A stretch of 62,956 nt of DNA, the filler included, from Lenisia limosa (taxonomy: Eukaryota > Protista > Breviatea): the NCBI GenBank assembly GCA_001655205.1. It is 8 parts of 8 records of this genome, joined end to end, with 100 filler letters (N's around TTAATTAATTAA, not from the genome) between each part and the next. Parts side by side here need not be neighbours in the genome. Positions count along the whole stretch, not along the records: positions 26,240 to 40,546 come from LPNZ01005242.1; positions 40,647 to 45,213 come from LPNZ01011404.1; positions 45,314 to 55,915 come from LPNZ01007916.1; 5 more parts are not named here. One strand, 5' to 3'. Numbering within the stretch: position 1 is the stretch's first letter; every line of letters begins with the position of its first letter. Under the pieces are notes generated by a model that made no database searches, had not been told where the DNA came from, and saw only the letters and a program-made list of their open reading frames with translations. The translations under genes were made by a program, and so were the position numbers. This document shows positions 40,358 to 52,193 of this stretch, piece after piece.

Positions 40358-40648
40358 CTGAAAACAAAACAAAGTTATGGATAATCAAGAAATTTTTTCT
40401 CAAAAAACCAAATGAACTCGGGGAATTGAGACGGATATCGGCTCAATTTTGGCACAACATAGTAATGCATTGTAGAAAAACATATGATATGCTGCTGCAC
40501 CAAAACCGTGTCATTAATTCAGAAACCGTGTCATTAATTATTTTTGNNNNNNNNNNNNNNNNNNNNNNNNNNNNNNNNNNNNNNNNNNNNTTAATTAATT
40601 AANNNNNNNNNNNNNNNNNNNNNNNNNNNNNNNNNNNNNNNNNNNNAG

Positions 40649-43600
40649 GTTGCCCACGATGAACCCTTATTCAAGGCCTGTCACGCGGTCCTCACTAAAT
40701 ACGCTGACGGTTTGTGGTTATGATGTCATAAATAGTGTTTTTAGTAATTTTTTAAAAAAATTCTCCCAGATCCTCTTTTTGTTCGGAAATGGGGAAAACA
40801 GTTTTCCTACGAATAATAACATAATTCTTAGACTTCCCCCCTGCTGACAGAATCAAGTTTATCATTAAGACGCATGGTGCTCAAACTGATTTTGAGGTAA
40901 TGATTGAGCCTTGCGATTTTTAGTTCTTTGAAATATTAGCATTAACATAACACTTTAGGTTTCTGTAGAATCGCTCAAAGGTGAAACGGTNNNNNNNNNN
41001 NNNNNNNNNNNNNNNNNNNNNNNNNNNNNNNNNNNNNNNNNNNNNNNNNNNNNNNNNNNNNNNNNNNNNNNNNNNNNNNNNNNNNNNNNNNNNNNNNNNN
41101 NNNNNNNNNNNNNNNNNNNNNNNNNNNNNNNNNNNNNNNNNNNNNNNNNNNNNNNNNNNNNNNNNNNNNNNNNNNNACTGAAGATTCTCAATAATGTGCC
41201 GATTGATTCTGAATTCGTGGGTTGCTTTCCTGATATTGCTCTCCTGACTCAAACAGGTCAAATTTGCGACAAACCCCCGTGTTCACAAATTTATCATATT
41301 GACCCACCCAGAGTTCGCCAAAAATGAGCAAGAGGTAAATTAATTGTGATGGTAAAAATAGTTGGGGTTGTAATCAGTCAGCATGAAGAATACAGAATGT
41401 ACTTCTTTGTTGTTTCTGAGGTCTAGATGTAGTGTCCCAAAAGATCTGTTGCTGATGAGTTTAGTTGCTCGAAATGATGCGGTATTTTGCAATGCAGAAC
41501 CCCTTATCGGACAACTCCATGGTTCTGAAGGTCGCTGAGCAATTCTCCGATTTCCAAGTGAGTAGTTCTGTTGACTCAGTTCTTCATTTCTAAAGCCAGC
41601 TCTCATTTAGCTTTTTCTTTTATTCTTCAGCGAAATAAGACGATTGCAAATATCGCATTTGAAGCCATTAAGTTTGGTAACTACCGTTTTGTTGCCGACC
41701 TTATGAACGCTGGCCTTCAAATGCATGACGAGAAATTGCAAGTTTGTTCAACAGGCATCGATGTCATGTTTTAGCCGTTTCAAATTTCCAAGCAGTTCTG
41801 GACTTTGGTTCAGGACAAGATTGTTGAGTTTTCAAAGCTTGAAAAACACTTCCTTTTGCAAGCGTATGGCTCAAGTAATGTAATGTTCGAATCAATGGTA
41901 GGACAAGGAGCTTTGTTTTGTTGCTGATTTCCAAACCATCATAATGCACCGGGTACAACTGCTTTTCTTTTTTTTCGGTTTCAACAACTAATACCCCACA
42001 AATGTCGTAAGTGTAAACATTTAGGCTTCCCTACGTTCCGAAAAATGACCGAAATGCTCGATAAAACCTCGATAAATAAAGATATTTCACCAGTCTTTTT
42101 CGGACCGCAGGAAATCACTAGTGATACATCCAAAATGATGGTGCATTCATCTCCAATATTAGTGATATGCTTATCACCAACTGTTTTAAAATTTTAAGTA
42201 TTCAATATAAGATTTCCTGTAAATTTTCTGAAGTATTTGTGACTTTTCAAGTGGAAGCTGTACGATGCAACCAAAGATGAGGCGTACGCATTACAAGTTA
42301 TCCAGACGTCTTCGAGCAACTTCAAGGTAAGCTTGAGGTCTCAACCCTCCCACATGCATATATATTCCTGACAATAATTTGGCCTCTTATTAGATCTTAC
42401 TAAGACAACTCCTTTCTATCATTATTATTGTGTATCTCGTATCGATAAATTTAGTACTCCACAAAAAATTTTCAATCGCCTACATATTATTAGCTTACCC
42501 AACTTCTGCTGCATCAAGCTGCCCGGAACAATCATTCCCATCTGGCTTCGAGAATCTTGTCCTTCCTCAAAATGGACCCCAATCAGGTTGATTCGGTTGG
42601 TTTGCGACATGACAATGAAAACAAATTAAATTAAGTACCTTGATCGCATATAGTAGTATATACAATAATTAGAATGAATGATTGCTTTGACATGCTGTTA
42701 CTTTTCGAGCTTCCTCTAACAGTTTAGAATGGCGACACCCCCCTAATAATTGCTTGCTCTCAAGAGAACCAAGGACTTGCCAAGGTGTGCCTTGAACATG
42801 GTGCCGATATCAATATCAAGGACAAGGTATGGTTTCACAAATATTATAATATGTGTGTTTTTGAATGTTTTGTTTTTCAAGATGTTACGATACCTTTAAC
42901 AGTTTAGAATGGCGGCACCCCCTTTATCATTGCCTGTAAGAAAGAAAACCAAGAACTTGCCAAGCTGTGCATTGACCATGATGCCGATGTCAATATCAAG
43001 GACAAGGTATGGTTTCACAAATATTATAATATGTATGTTTTTGAATGTTTTGTTTTTCAAGATGTTACGATACCTTTAACAGTTTAGAATGGCGGCATCC
43101 CCTTTATCATTGCCTGTAAGAAAGAAAACCAAGAACTTGCCAAGCTGTGCCTTGAACATGGTGCCGATATCAATATCAAGGACAAGGTATGGTTTCACAA
43201 ATAATATAATATGTGTGTTTTTGAATGTTTTGTTTTTCAAGATGTTACGATACCTTTAACAGTTTAGAATGGCGGCACCCCCTTTATCATTGCCTGTAAG
43301 AAAGAAAACCAAGAACTTGCCAAGCTGTGCATTGACCATGATGCCGATGTCAATATCAAGGACAAGGTGGAGATTTTAATAGTATAGTTTTAATGTGTAT
43401 TTTGAAGCGGATAAACGCCGTTTGGTGATAATTTTATTTCGCTACCCACCATAAAACACTTCAATTTAATATTGAATTTCTTCTTATGGTGAGGCATATT
43501 CCTGATTTGTCAATGTTCAACATTTTATCGGTTCTCTTTTTGAAAATGTATCAATAACAATCAATTTCTACACAAAGGATAGAGATCAGGAAATTGTCTG

Positions 43601-45151
43601 AGTTCACCATACATACATATTTTATTATATGCAGATGGCAATATCAAGGACAACGTGGGGATTTTATTAATATTGATGATTCTAAATCGACATATATGCA
43701 CTGTTTGGTGATAATTCTACTAGCCTCTTTACCCCCTGTAAAAAAAAGTGGTCAATTGAATAAAACTTGCATTTTCAAGAAGGAAGGCTCGAGAGAGCAC
43801 AGAAAAGCCAGGATTGGATGGATTTGGATACTTTCTTCTGTTAATGAGGCATATTCTTGGTGTGTCAGTGTTCAATATCTTTTTCTCTTTTCAAAATGTT
43901 TGTGTATTTCAAAAACAATCATTCCTGGATCAAGAAATTTTCTGAGATCACCCAAAAATGACAAAAGCGGGATAACTTTTTTGTTTGTCTTTTCAAATTG
44001 TTCGATGCACATCTCACTTTAATGCGCATGCAGTATAGCTATCACTTTTGAGATTCCTTTAACAGTTTAGAATGGCGACACCCCCTTTATCATTGCCTGC
44101 AAGAAAGAAAACCAAGAACTTGCCAAGTTGTGCATTGACCATGGTGCCGATGTCAATATCAAGGACAAGGTGGGGATTTTACTACATATGGTATGTTTAT
44201 CTTAAATCGACATATGCACCGTTATTATCTATTACCCTTTTAAGCTTCTTTTAACAGTTAAGAATGGTGATACCCCTCTTAGCACTGCCTTCACAAAAGA
44301 GAACCAAGATCTTGTCAAGCTGTGCATTGAACATGGTGCCGATGTCAATATCAAGGACAAGGTATGGTTTCACTATATATATTATATAGTACACTTTATG
44401 ATATTAAGCTGTTCCAGTTTAGAATGGTGACACTCCCCTAATTATTGCCAACAAGAAATCTTTATACCATGAGCGTATTTCAATATTTTCCTTGAAGAGT
44501 TGTGTACTTTGCACACTTAATTGTGTACTCCCCCTCCTCCTAATAGTGAAACAAAATTGTGACACTATTTTTTCCTAGTTTTGATTAAGCATTTAACAAA
44601 TCCGTGTTACATCATACGTTTGTTCACCCTCCAGCATCGCGACTCACTTCCTCTTCCTCCTGTGTTTTTTCTCATTTCCTCAGAGTGGCTGGACTGCCCT
44701 TCACAAGGCTGCTGAGAAGGGATATTCGACAGTTGTCCAAACTTTGATCCAAAGTGGCGCTGACTTAGAAGCACAAATTAAAGGATTTGTGGGTTATCAG
44801 CTGACTGCATCTGTCGAACTTACCGAGTGAACGGCCAATTTACCCTCTCAGAACAACATGAGGCCCCTTCACTGGGCTGCCTACAGCGGATGTACGGACT
44901 GTTGCCGGCTTTTGATTGAGGCTGGAGCTGACCGGAACGCCAGAGATATAGTGGGAGGGACTTCACCTGGGATAAATAGGGATTAAAAATTCAAACCGGC
45001 TTGTGCCCAGGTAAAAATACGGATATTTTCTTGATGGTAAATCCCGCCATTCACCCTCGTATAGAAGGGATGGACACCCCTTCGATTAGCCAAGAGGAGT
45101 TATGGAAAGTCAGAAACCGCCGCGTACCTTCGGAGTGTCGGCTGCGAATAA
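40649..45151 (+). CDS. Ankyrin-repeat protein with an uncharacterised N-terminal region; 5'-partial
   Basis: LLHQAARNNH, then six 99-nt one-repeat exons (42728-42826, 42908-43006, 43088-43186, 43268-43366, 44071-44169, 44263-44361; NGDTPLIIAC..GADINIKDK), then SGWTALHKAA, NMRPLHWAA and KGWTPLRLA..SVGCE* (TAA 45149-45151). Confidence 0.9.
42023..42119. mobile_element. MITE family A copy, diverged (ankyrin gene intron)
   Basis: AGGCTTCCCTACGTTCCGAAAAATGACC...GTCTTTTTCGGACCGCAGGAAATCAC-TA. Confidence 0.75.
42722..43366 (+). repeat. Tandem array of a 180-bp unit (99-nt ankyrin exon + 81-nt intron), about 3.6 copies
   Basis: Near-identical period of exactly 180 bp (AGTTTAGAATGGCG at 42721, 42901, 43081, 43261). 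Exons 2 and 4 are identical. Confidence 0.97.
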
Positions 45152-46935
45152 TGGTTTGAAGTGGTCTGGGTTGAAGAATGTAATAATGTAAACTATTTAT
45201 TTGCAAACCCGAGNNNNNNNNNNNNNNNNNNNNNNNNNNNNNNNNNNNNNNNNNNNNTTAATTAATTAANNNNNNNNNNNNNNNNNNNNNNNNNNNNNNN
45301 NNNNNNNNNNNNNATGAGATAATGAGAGAAAATAAAGAGAAGATTTCCAAAACCACTTTAAAATCATCGAAGTCATCATTAACTGTGTTCCCCCTTGCAC
45401 TTTTTTCTTGTATTATGGTCTTGCAGTCAAAATTAATCTTACACACGGTTTGTGTTCCCACGTGTACTGTTTTTTTTATTAATTTTCTTACAGTCCAAAT
45501 AAAGCTTACCTGCCCCTTAGGGAACCATACGTACTTACCCCATCAACTTGGCCCAACCACCTTCTGACGCTCTCTTGTGGGGATGTAGGAAAATTTTTAT
45601 AGCGATTTTTGGCCATCCCTTGAAATGTGACATTTCCCATTTTCCATCGGGTATATGATTGCTTATATTCTCTCGTCGCAGGTTCTTGGGAAATGACATA
45701 ACATAATTACATATATCCTCTGGAAAATGAAAAAGTCATATTTTTCGTTTTTTGGTCATTATTGTTCTCCAAAAATCATATTTTGTCGATCTGATCGAAC
45801 TATTAGAAGCATGGGGGATAAAGGGGAAGGGTGGGGATATGGGGTGACACGGAATGTCATATGTATGATGAATATGTCGAGTGTGTTCGTACACACATCG
45901 GAATGTCATTGTATGATGAATATGTCGAGTATGTTCAGAGAATATGTTTATCATACATAATGTGCTTTTTTCGACAAAGCTCTTTTTTTTTGAATCAGGT
46001 AGAACATATAAACACAAAACACACACAAAAAAAACTGACAAAATATCGATATTTATCGAGGATTTATCAAGAATTTAGTCTTTTTTGGAACCGAAAGTGA
46101 AACTCAAATTATTGTACTACAAGTATGATAATAAATACCATATAAAAGTAAATATAGAAGGGGGAGGGGTAGCTCTTTTCTTCACCGAGGTTCCCAAAAA
46201 CACTTTATTATCTAAGATACGATAAATTAATATCATTTTTATTTTACATTTCATTTGGAGCTGAAAATGAAGCTCTAATATAAAACTTCAGATAAAAAAA
46301 CACGTTAGCAGTTCCGGATCCCCCATCCCCCTGGGGCCCCTTCTTTCTTTCCCTTTTTTCTTTCTTTCGTCCTCCTTTCCTCCCTCACTTACCTCCCTTT
46401 TCTCATGATTTCTCCACCTTCTCTTCTTCTTAAAATTTCTTCTTTAATCCTTCCTTCTTCCTTTTCCCTCTGCTTATCTCTTCTGTCTTCTTTCTTCTTT
46501 CTTTGTTCTTCTTTTATTGAGAACCTGTCGATAAAATAATACGTTTGAAATGTTGTGAAACATTTGTGCTACTCTTGTGAAGCCTTTGTTAATTAATTAT
46601 AATAACACTTCAGGAAGACCCGATTGGACTGTTGCAATGCTGTAATGTGCCCTCAGATAACATCGCTTCTTGGTTTGCGCGGAGGGGGGAGGGCTGCTTA
46701 TTAAATATTAGTGTTTGAAATACGATTATTTTATTGTTTTTGAAATTATTTTTCATATAAAGCTCATATAACGTAAAGATAGAGGTAATAATGGCGAAAG
46801 AGTGAGAAAAGACAATAAATTGGAGAGGAGAGTAGAGGACAGTCGTTATTCATGTTTTTTTTTTTTCTCAGTATCGCTTTCACTCATATCTTTTAGAATA
46901 GAGCCTAACAATGAGCAACTTCGCAAGTGCTCATT

Positions 46936-49900
46936 ATGAAGCTACTGAGGTATGATATGAGGGTAATATATATTCCATATTTGGTGCAGCTCCATAGAAA
47001 CTATCATTATGTTCTCGATAATATTTATGGATAGTGAAACTGTTTCTGTTGAATACATTCGTATATTTTCATATTTCGAGCCCCCTCTCTCTCTCTTTCT
47101 TCTTATTTAATATCTTAAAAATCTGCTTTTGTGTGATTGCAAGCACTTAAATATTGATTGAAATTATCATCAGAACGTTACGACTGTTGACTGATGGGGG
47201 TTAGTTGTATTCAAAAATCCTTAATTTAGTCATGCCATTTCTAATTAAACAATTCTGACAATCCAGGGTGCTGCGACGGGTGGTACTCAACAACCTACCA
47301 ACCCCTCAAAACCGCAAATCTCTTCTATCGTCTTCGACCAAGTCCGCTCGATGTCCGTCATCATCCGCCCTGCGCCTGAATACCAGGGTGTAAGCGAGCC
47401 AGTTGAAGGGACTCAAGACAATGCCTATGCTCATCAGAACGGCCAAGCATCTTTCCAGCAGAATTCCTCCTGCCAGCCTCAGCAAGTTGCTCAGAACAAT
47501 CAGCAAAACTGGCAGAACAAAAACTGGCAGGACAATGCTAATCAGCAAAACTGGCAAAATCAGGGTGATCAGCAGAATTGGCAGAATCAACAAAACTGGC
47601 AAAATTCCAATCAGCAGAATTATGTTCAGCAAGATGGCCAAAACAACGCTTATCAACAAAACTGGAACCAGCAAAATTGGCAGGATTACACCCAGCAGAA
47701 TGTTCAGAATGTTGCCAATCAGCAAGATCCGAACCAGCAAAACTGGAACATGGGTAACCAGAATACCCAAGATTGGCAGAACACTCAGCAGCAAAATGTG
47801 CAGAATTACCTTCAGCAAGATGGCCAGGCCAATGTTAGTCAACAAAATTGGCAAACCCAGCAAACTCAGGGTGATCAGCAGAATTGGCAAAATCAGGGTG
47901 ATCAGCAAAATTGGCAGAATAATCCTGTTCAACAAAATGTCCAGAGCTACGATCAGCAACAGAATGGACAGAATGTTGCTAATCAGCAAAATTATGAGCA
48001 GCAAAATGATCAGAACCCTTCTCAACAGGGCTCTTTCCAGCAATATAACCAGCAAAACTTTGCAAACCAGCAAGGTGGGCATAATTTTTCACCGCAGCAA
48101 GACAACCAGATTTATGCCAATCAGCAGAATGATCAGTCTTACCAGCAACAACGTGAGCAGAATTTTTCGCAGCAGTCCTATCCCCAGCAAAATGATCAGG
48201 CGTACTCGCAAAACAACGAGTCGTATCCGAACCAAAATGCCCAGTCCTATCAGCAACAACATGGACAGAGCCAGCAAACTGTTCAATCCATTCCATACCA
48301 ACAAGGCCAGGCTTCTTCCCAGCACTACCCGCAGAATGACCAGAGCGGACAAGTTTTCCAGCAATCTGGGCAGAATTATCCCCAACAGAGCGGTCAGTCC
48401 TATCCCCAGCTAGACGTCCAAGCTTTTGATGGTAACAGCGGTTTCCACCAAGCCCAGAGTAATGCACTGCCTGTCCAACAGCAAGATCAAAACGTGCAAA
48501 ATACCGAGGCTTACCCCCAGCAAAATCAACCCTTCCCTTCCCAGTCTTATCAGCAGCTTATTGAATCCTCCTACCAAAGTGGTCTAGCTCCTCCGCCGCA
48601 AAACGCTCCGTTCCCTCAACATAATGATCAAAGCTGCCCCCAGCCCATCCAAAGTGATCTGGCAGAAGGCCAACATGATTATGACCCCGCACGTCCGTCT
48701 CCCTCCGTTCCTACTTTCCCTCAGCAGCATTATCCGCCACCACAACAGCCAGTTCAGCCTCAGAATGACCAAGGCCCTGAAGCCAAATTTAGCCCGCAGC
48801 AGAGCGACCAACGTTCTCGTCAGCAGATGCAAGAGCGGAGCAATCAACCCCACCTGAAGGCATATCCGCCAAAGCCCGAACAAAGACCAGTTCCCGGACC
48901 CAAGCCACAACCTTCCCAGCAGCCTCCTCCTCAGTCTCTACCACTCCATCCTCCCCCACAACATTCTTCTCAAACGCAAAAGCCCACCCCTGTGCTTCCC
49001 CAAAAGCAAGTTTCTCAACCCCAACACAGTCTTCCTCCACCACCTCAAAACCCACAGCAGCAGCGAAATACGCCTCTTCCCCCGAAGCAGCTTCCTCAAC
49101 AACAACGCTACCCTTCGGAACAGCCCATCCGTCAGAGGCATCCCCACGAAGAAGGACCGTACCCTCTTCCCATCCACCAACAGAACAAGGTACCGCTGTC
49201 GTCGCAGGAATTCCCTCGCCCTGTACCCCAGAACAAGCCTCCCGCGCCTCCGCAGAGGCAAACCATGCGCCAGAATCAGCCTCCGCCACCTCCAAAGAAG
49301 CCAGTTTTACCACCTCAACAACAAAACTTGCAACCTCGACCACCCCCTCCTCAGCACAATAATCGTGTGCCTCCCCAGCAACGCGCTCTTCCCTTGCGGC
49401 AGTTTGCTTTTAATGACCAAAGGCAGCCCATGGTAGCCGCGCCTCCACCGCCAATAGACCGAACCCCAAAGGGCTACGTCGAGCCTTCACAGAGAGAAAT
49501 ATATGTCATCCAGAAGCAGCAGCTCGAACCTCAACGTGAAGAGCCCATGTACACTGAGGCCCCCCTTCTCCCAGCCCAAAGAAGACTCCAATCGAAGCCT
49601 CTCTATGGGTACCCCGAAAGCACCACTGTGACGGTTAAGAAGACTTTCAAAACTGACGCTCAAGTCATTGTCCCGAATTTCCGCCCGCCCCCTCACCAGA
49701 ACGTCGAAGATTTGGATTCCCTTCCTGAGAAAGAGTATTCATACCAGCCTCAACAGAATCAAAGGCAAGTGTTCCCTCTCGCTCCTCCTCCCCCTCAGTC
49801 ACGTCAACACAAGCCTCAAGCACCTTTAGAACCTTCCCAGAAGACCGACAGTCGATCTGGAACAGTTCCAGCAGCAATGGATTTACCAAAGAAGAGACAA

Positions 49901-50941
49901 GGTCCCCCATCATTCCCGTCAAGACCCCCCGCTCTTCCCCAACGGGATTTCTCCTCTTCCATGAAGTCGCCAGCAACTAAGACCGAAAAGATTCCACAAG
50001 ATGATGACCGTGATTCCCGTAAGAAGGAGTCATCCGTTGAGCCTCCTTCACCTCAGCGGAAAGCTGAAGAACACAGACAGCTGACTCGTCCCCCTTGTCT
50101 CCCCTCACCAAAGAAAACGGAACCTCGCCCCTCCCCTAGCCTCACATCCCCCCAATATCTCCCACTTTCCGATCAAAAGAAGCCTCATCCAGAACCCTCT
50201 CGAAAGCCTAAATTACTAGATCGTCCGCCTTGTCTCCCTGTTCCTCCCCCAAGCGCTCCCTTTACTCAGACAGCTTCACTGCCCGTGAAGTTAGACCGCC
50301 CTCCTTGTCTCCCCCTTCCTGAAAAGCCGAAACCCGCGCCGGCAGTGCTGTCAAGACCACCATGCCTGCCCCTCCCGTCTAGAACCGTAACTGTCCAGCC
50401 AGTCAGGATGGATCGCCCGTCTCAACTCCCAGCTCCACAGATTAGACGCCCCACTTGCCTTCCTCTTCCAATGAACGGGCAGAGAGTACCTGTTCAAAGA
50501 CCCCCTCACCCCGCTTTCCCGCAACCTCTTGTCCATNNNNNNNNNNNNNNNNNNNNNNNNNNNNNNNNNNNNNNNNNNNNNNNNNNNNNNNNNNNNNNNN
50601 NNNNNNNNNNNNNNNNNNNNNNNNNNNNNNNNNNNNNNACTCCGCCTTTCCCCCCCTCGCTCTGTCGGTTCCCAGTCAAACAAACAGCACTTGATGAATG
50701 CGGGCCATTTGCCCATCCATCTCCCTAAGCGTACCATTGTCAACCCTAATGCTATCGAACCAACAAAGACGTTCACAGTTGCACCTCGTAACGCCCCACC
50801 TAATCTTCTCCTCCCGCTTAATCACCCCAAGCCGCAAGTGGTGCCTTTTGTTCCAAATATGAAACCTGCGCCCGGCCCTCACCAGAAGAAGCTCACCAAG
50901 ACTGAACTCCCTAAAGCTCCAAAAGCCCCGAAACCTAAAGC
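46936..50941 (+). CDS. Large low-complexity protein: Q/N/W prion-like N-terminus, Q/P-rich middle and RPPCLP repeats
   Basis: ORF 47351-50728 (over 1000 readable codons) is open upstream to an acceptor at 47266/47267, with a short candidate first exon MKLLR at 46936. A Pro/Lys-rich reading continues past the gap to 50941. No folded domain recognised. Confidence 0.8.
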
Positions 50942-51268
50942 NNNNNNNNNNNNNNNNNNNNNNNNNNNNNNNNNNNNNNNNNNNNNNNNNNNNNNNNNNN
51001 NNNNNNNNNNNNNNNNNNNNNNNNNNNNNNNNNNNNNNNNNNNNNNNNNNNNNNNNNNNNNNNNNNNNNNNNNNNNNNNNNNNNNNNNNNNNNNNNNNNN
51101 NNNNNNNNNNTGGTTGAAACAAAAAATCTTGGAAAAAAGAAATCTTGAAATAAATTGTTCTTTGGAGCATATTTTAACCATCTAAAAATAAAGAGTATAT
51201 TTTTGGACATATTCACATGCTAAGGCCTCTTCTGTTGTTTCATCTGTTAAGCTCTTTTATTATTGCAG

Positions 51269-51657
51269 AAGTAGTGACGGTACCTATGAAGGATAACCAA
51301 GGAGACGCGTTCAAAGCAGTCCCTCCCAAACCAACCAACGACATCTACGACAACAGCGTTGTGTTTGATGGAGACACAAACCAGTATCGCGCCCCGCAGT
51401 CGGTTTATGACAATGAAGACGCAAGTTACTTCGACAACGACACATTCATTGATGATGTCGACATGGTCGAAGCCGAAACTGCTGAGGCCGAAGAAGAAGC
51501 CCCCGAGTTTGAGAGGCCTATTGACGAGTCTCTCGATGAGTACTATGATGTGGACTATGACGCCGACAGCGATGACAACGATGGAGGATCTCGCCCATGT
51601 TCATCCAAGCCACAGGCGGCGAGTGTTGGCGACTCTGGTGACGACTTTTCTGCATAG
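51269..51657 (+). CDS. Acidic terminal exon, probably of the Q/P-rich gene (or a separate small secreted protein from ATG 51217)
   Basis: A ttgcag acceptor at 51268 is followed by a D/E-rich ORF with IYDN, VYDN and YFDN motifs, ending DDFSA* at 51657. Confidence 0.6.
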
Positions 51658-52193
51658 TGGTATGGTGGGAAGCGTTTTTAGCTATCAGCCAACCATTAGC
51701 TCATCTCATTTCTGTAGGAATCACATGGAGTGTTGTATTTTGTTTTGTAAGGTAACCGTTTGATGTATGCTATTCTAGTAAATGGACTGCCGGATGGCGG
51801 CTCATAGACTTGGGGGATTCCACTGTAATACAATAAATTCTTAAGATACCCGATCTCTTATTATGAAATAGGATTCTGTAAATCATGGGAATGCCTATTT
51901 TTCAGGACCGTAGTGTATTCATTGATGAACATTGTTCCTAGAAATGAGTGACTGCGATTTAGTGGAAGCTGCCTGTATCAGCAAAGCCCCACACTTGGAA
52001 TATTACTGGAGTCGAAAGAATTTATTTTGAAATGATGCAAAAACTTAGGAACTACTTCTTTCTTCTCAATTGCGTATATTACTATTCTATTATTTAGGAT
52101 TTCCATTTTGAGTTTCAATAGTTCCGATTCGTCAAGTTAAACAGTGATAGAATACAATACATGGATAGAAAATACAAGACCTGACGGGTTAAC

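Noticed and set aside
42722-43366. Regularly spaced repeats as a CRISPR array
   Set aside because: The whole 180-bp unit is repeated with no unique spacers, it encodes ankyrin exons, and the context is eukaryotic with no cas genes.
45490-45600. Possible 6-nt microexon (AG-GGGCAG-GTAAG) in a minus-strand gene start
   Set aside because: It would require a 23-nt intron, and no coherent reading frame could be built before the scaffold edge.
46337-46515. About 180-bp polypyrimidine tract as a triplex-forming element
   Set aside because: No clear mirror symmetry. CT-rich tracts are common near eukaryotic promoters and 5' UTRs.
47306-48082. 258-aa Leu/Ile-rich minus-strand ORF as a membrane protein
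   Set aside because: Antisense shadow of CAG/CAA/AAT codons in the Q/N-rich gene.
47403-48413. 336-aa +1-frame overlapping ORF as an overprinted gene
   Set aside because: Q/N codon repeats rarely create stops in this frame, so the length is explained by composition. No independent evidence.
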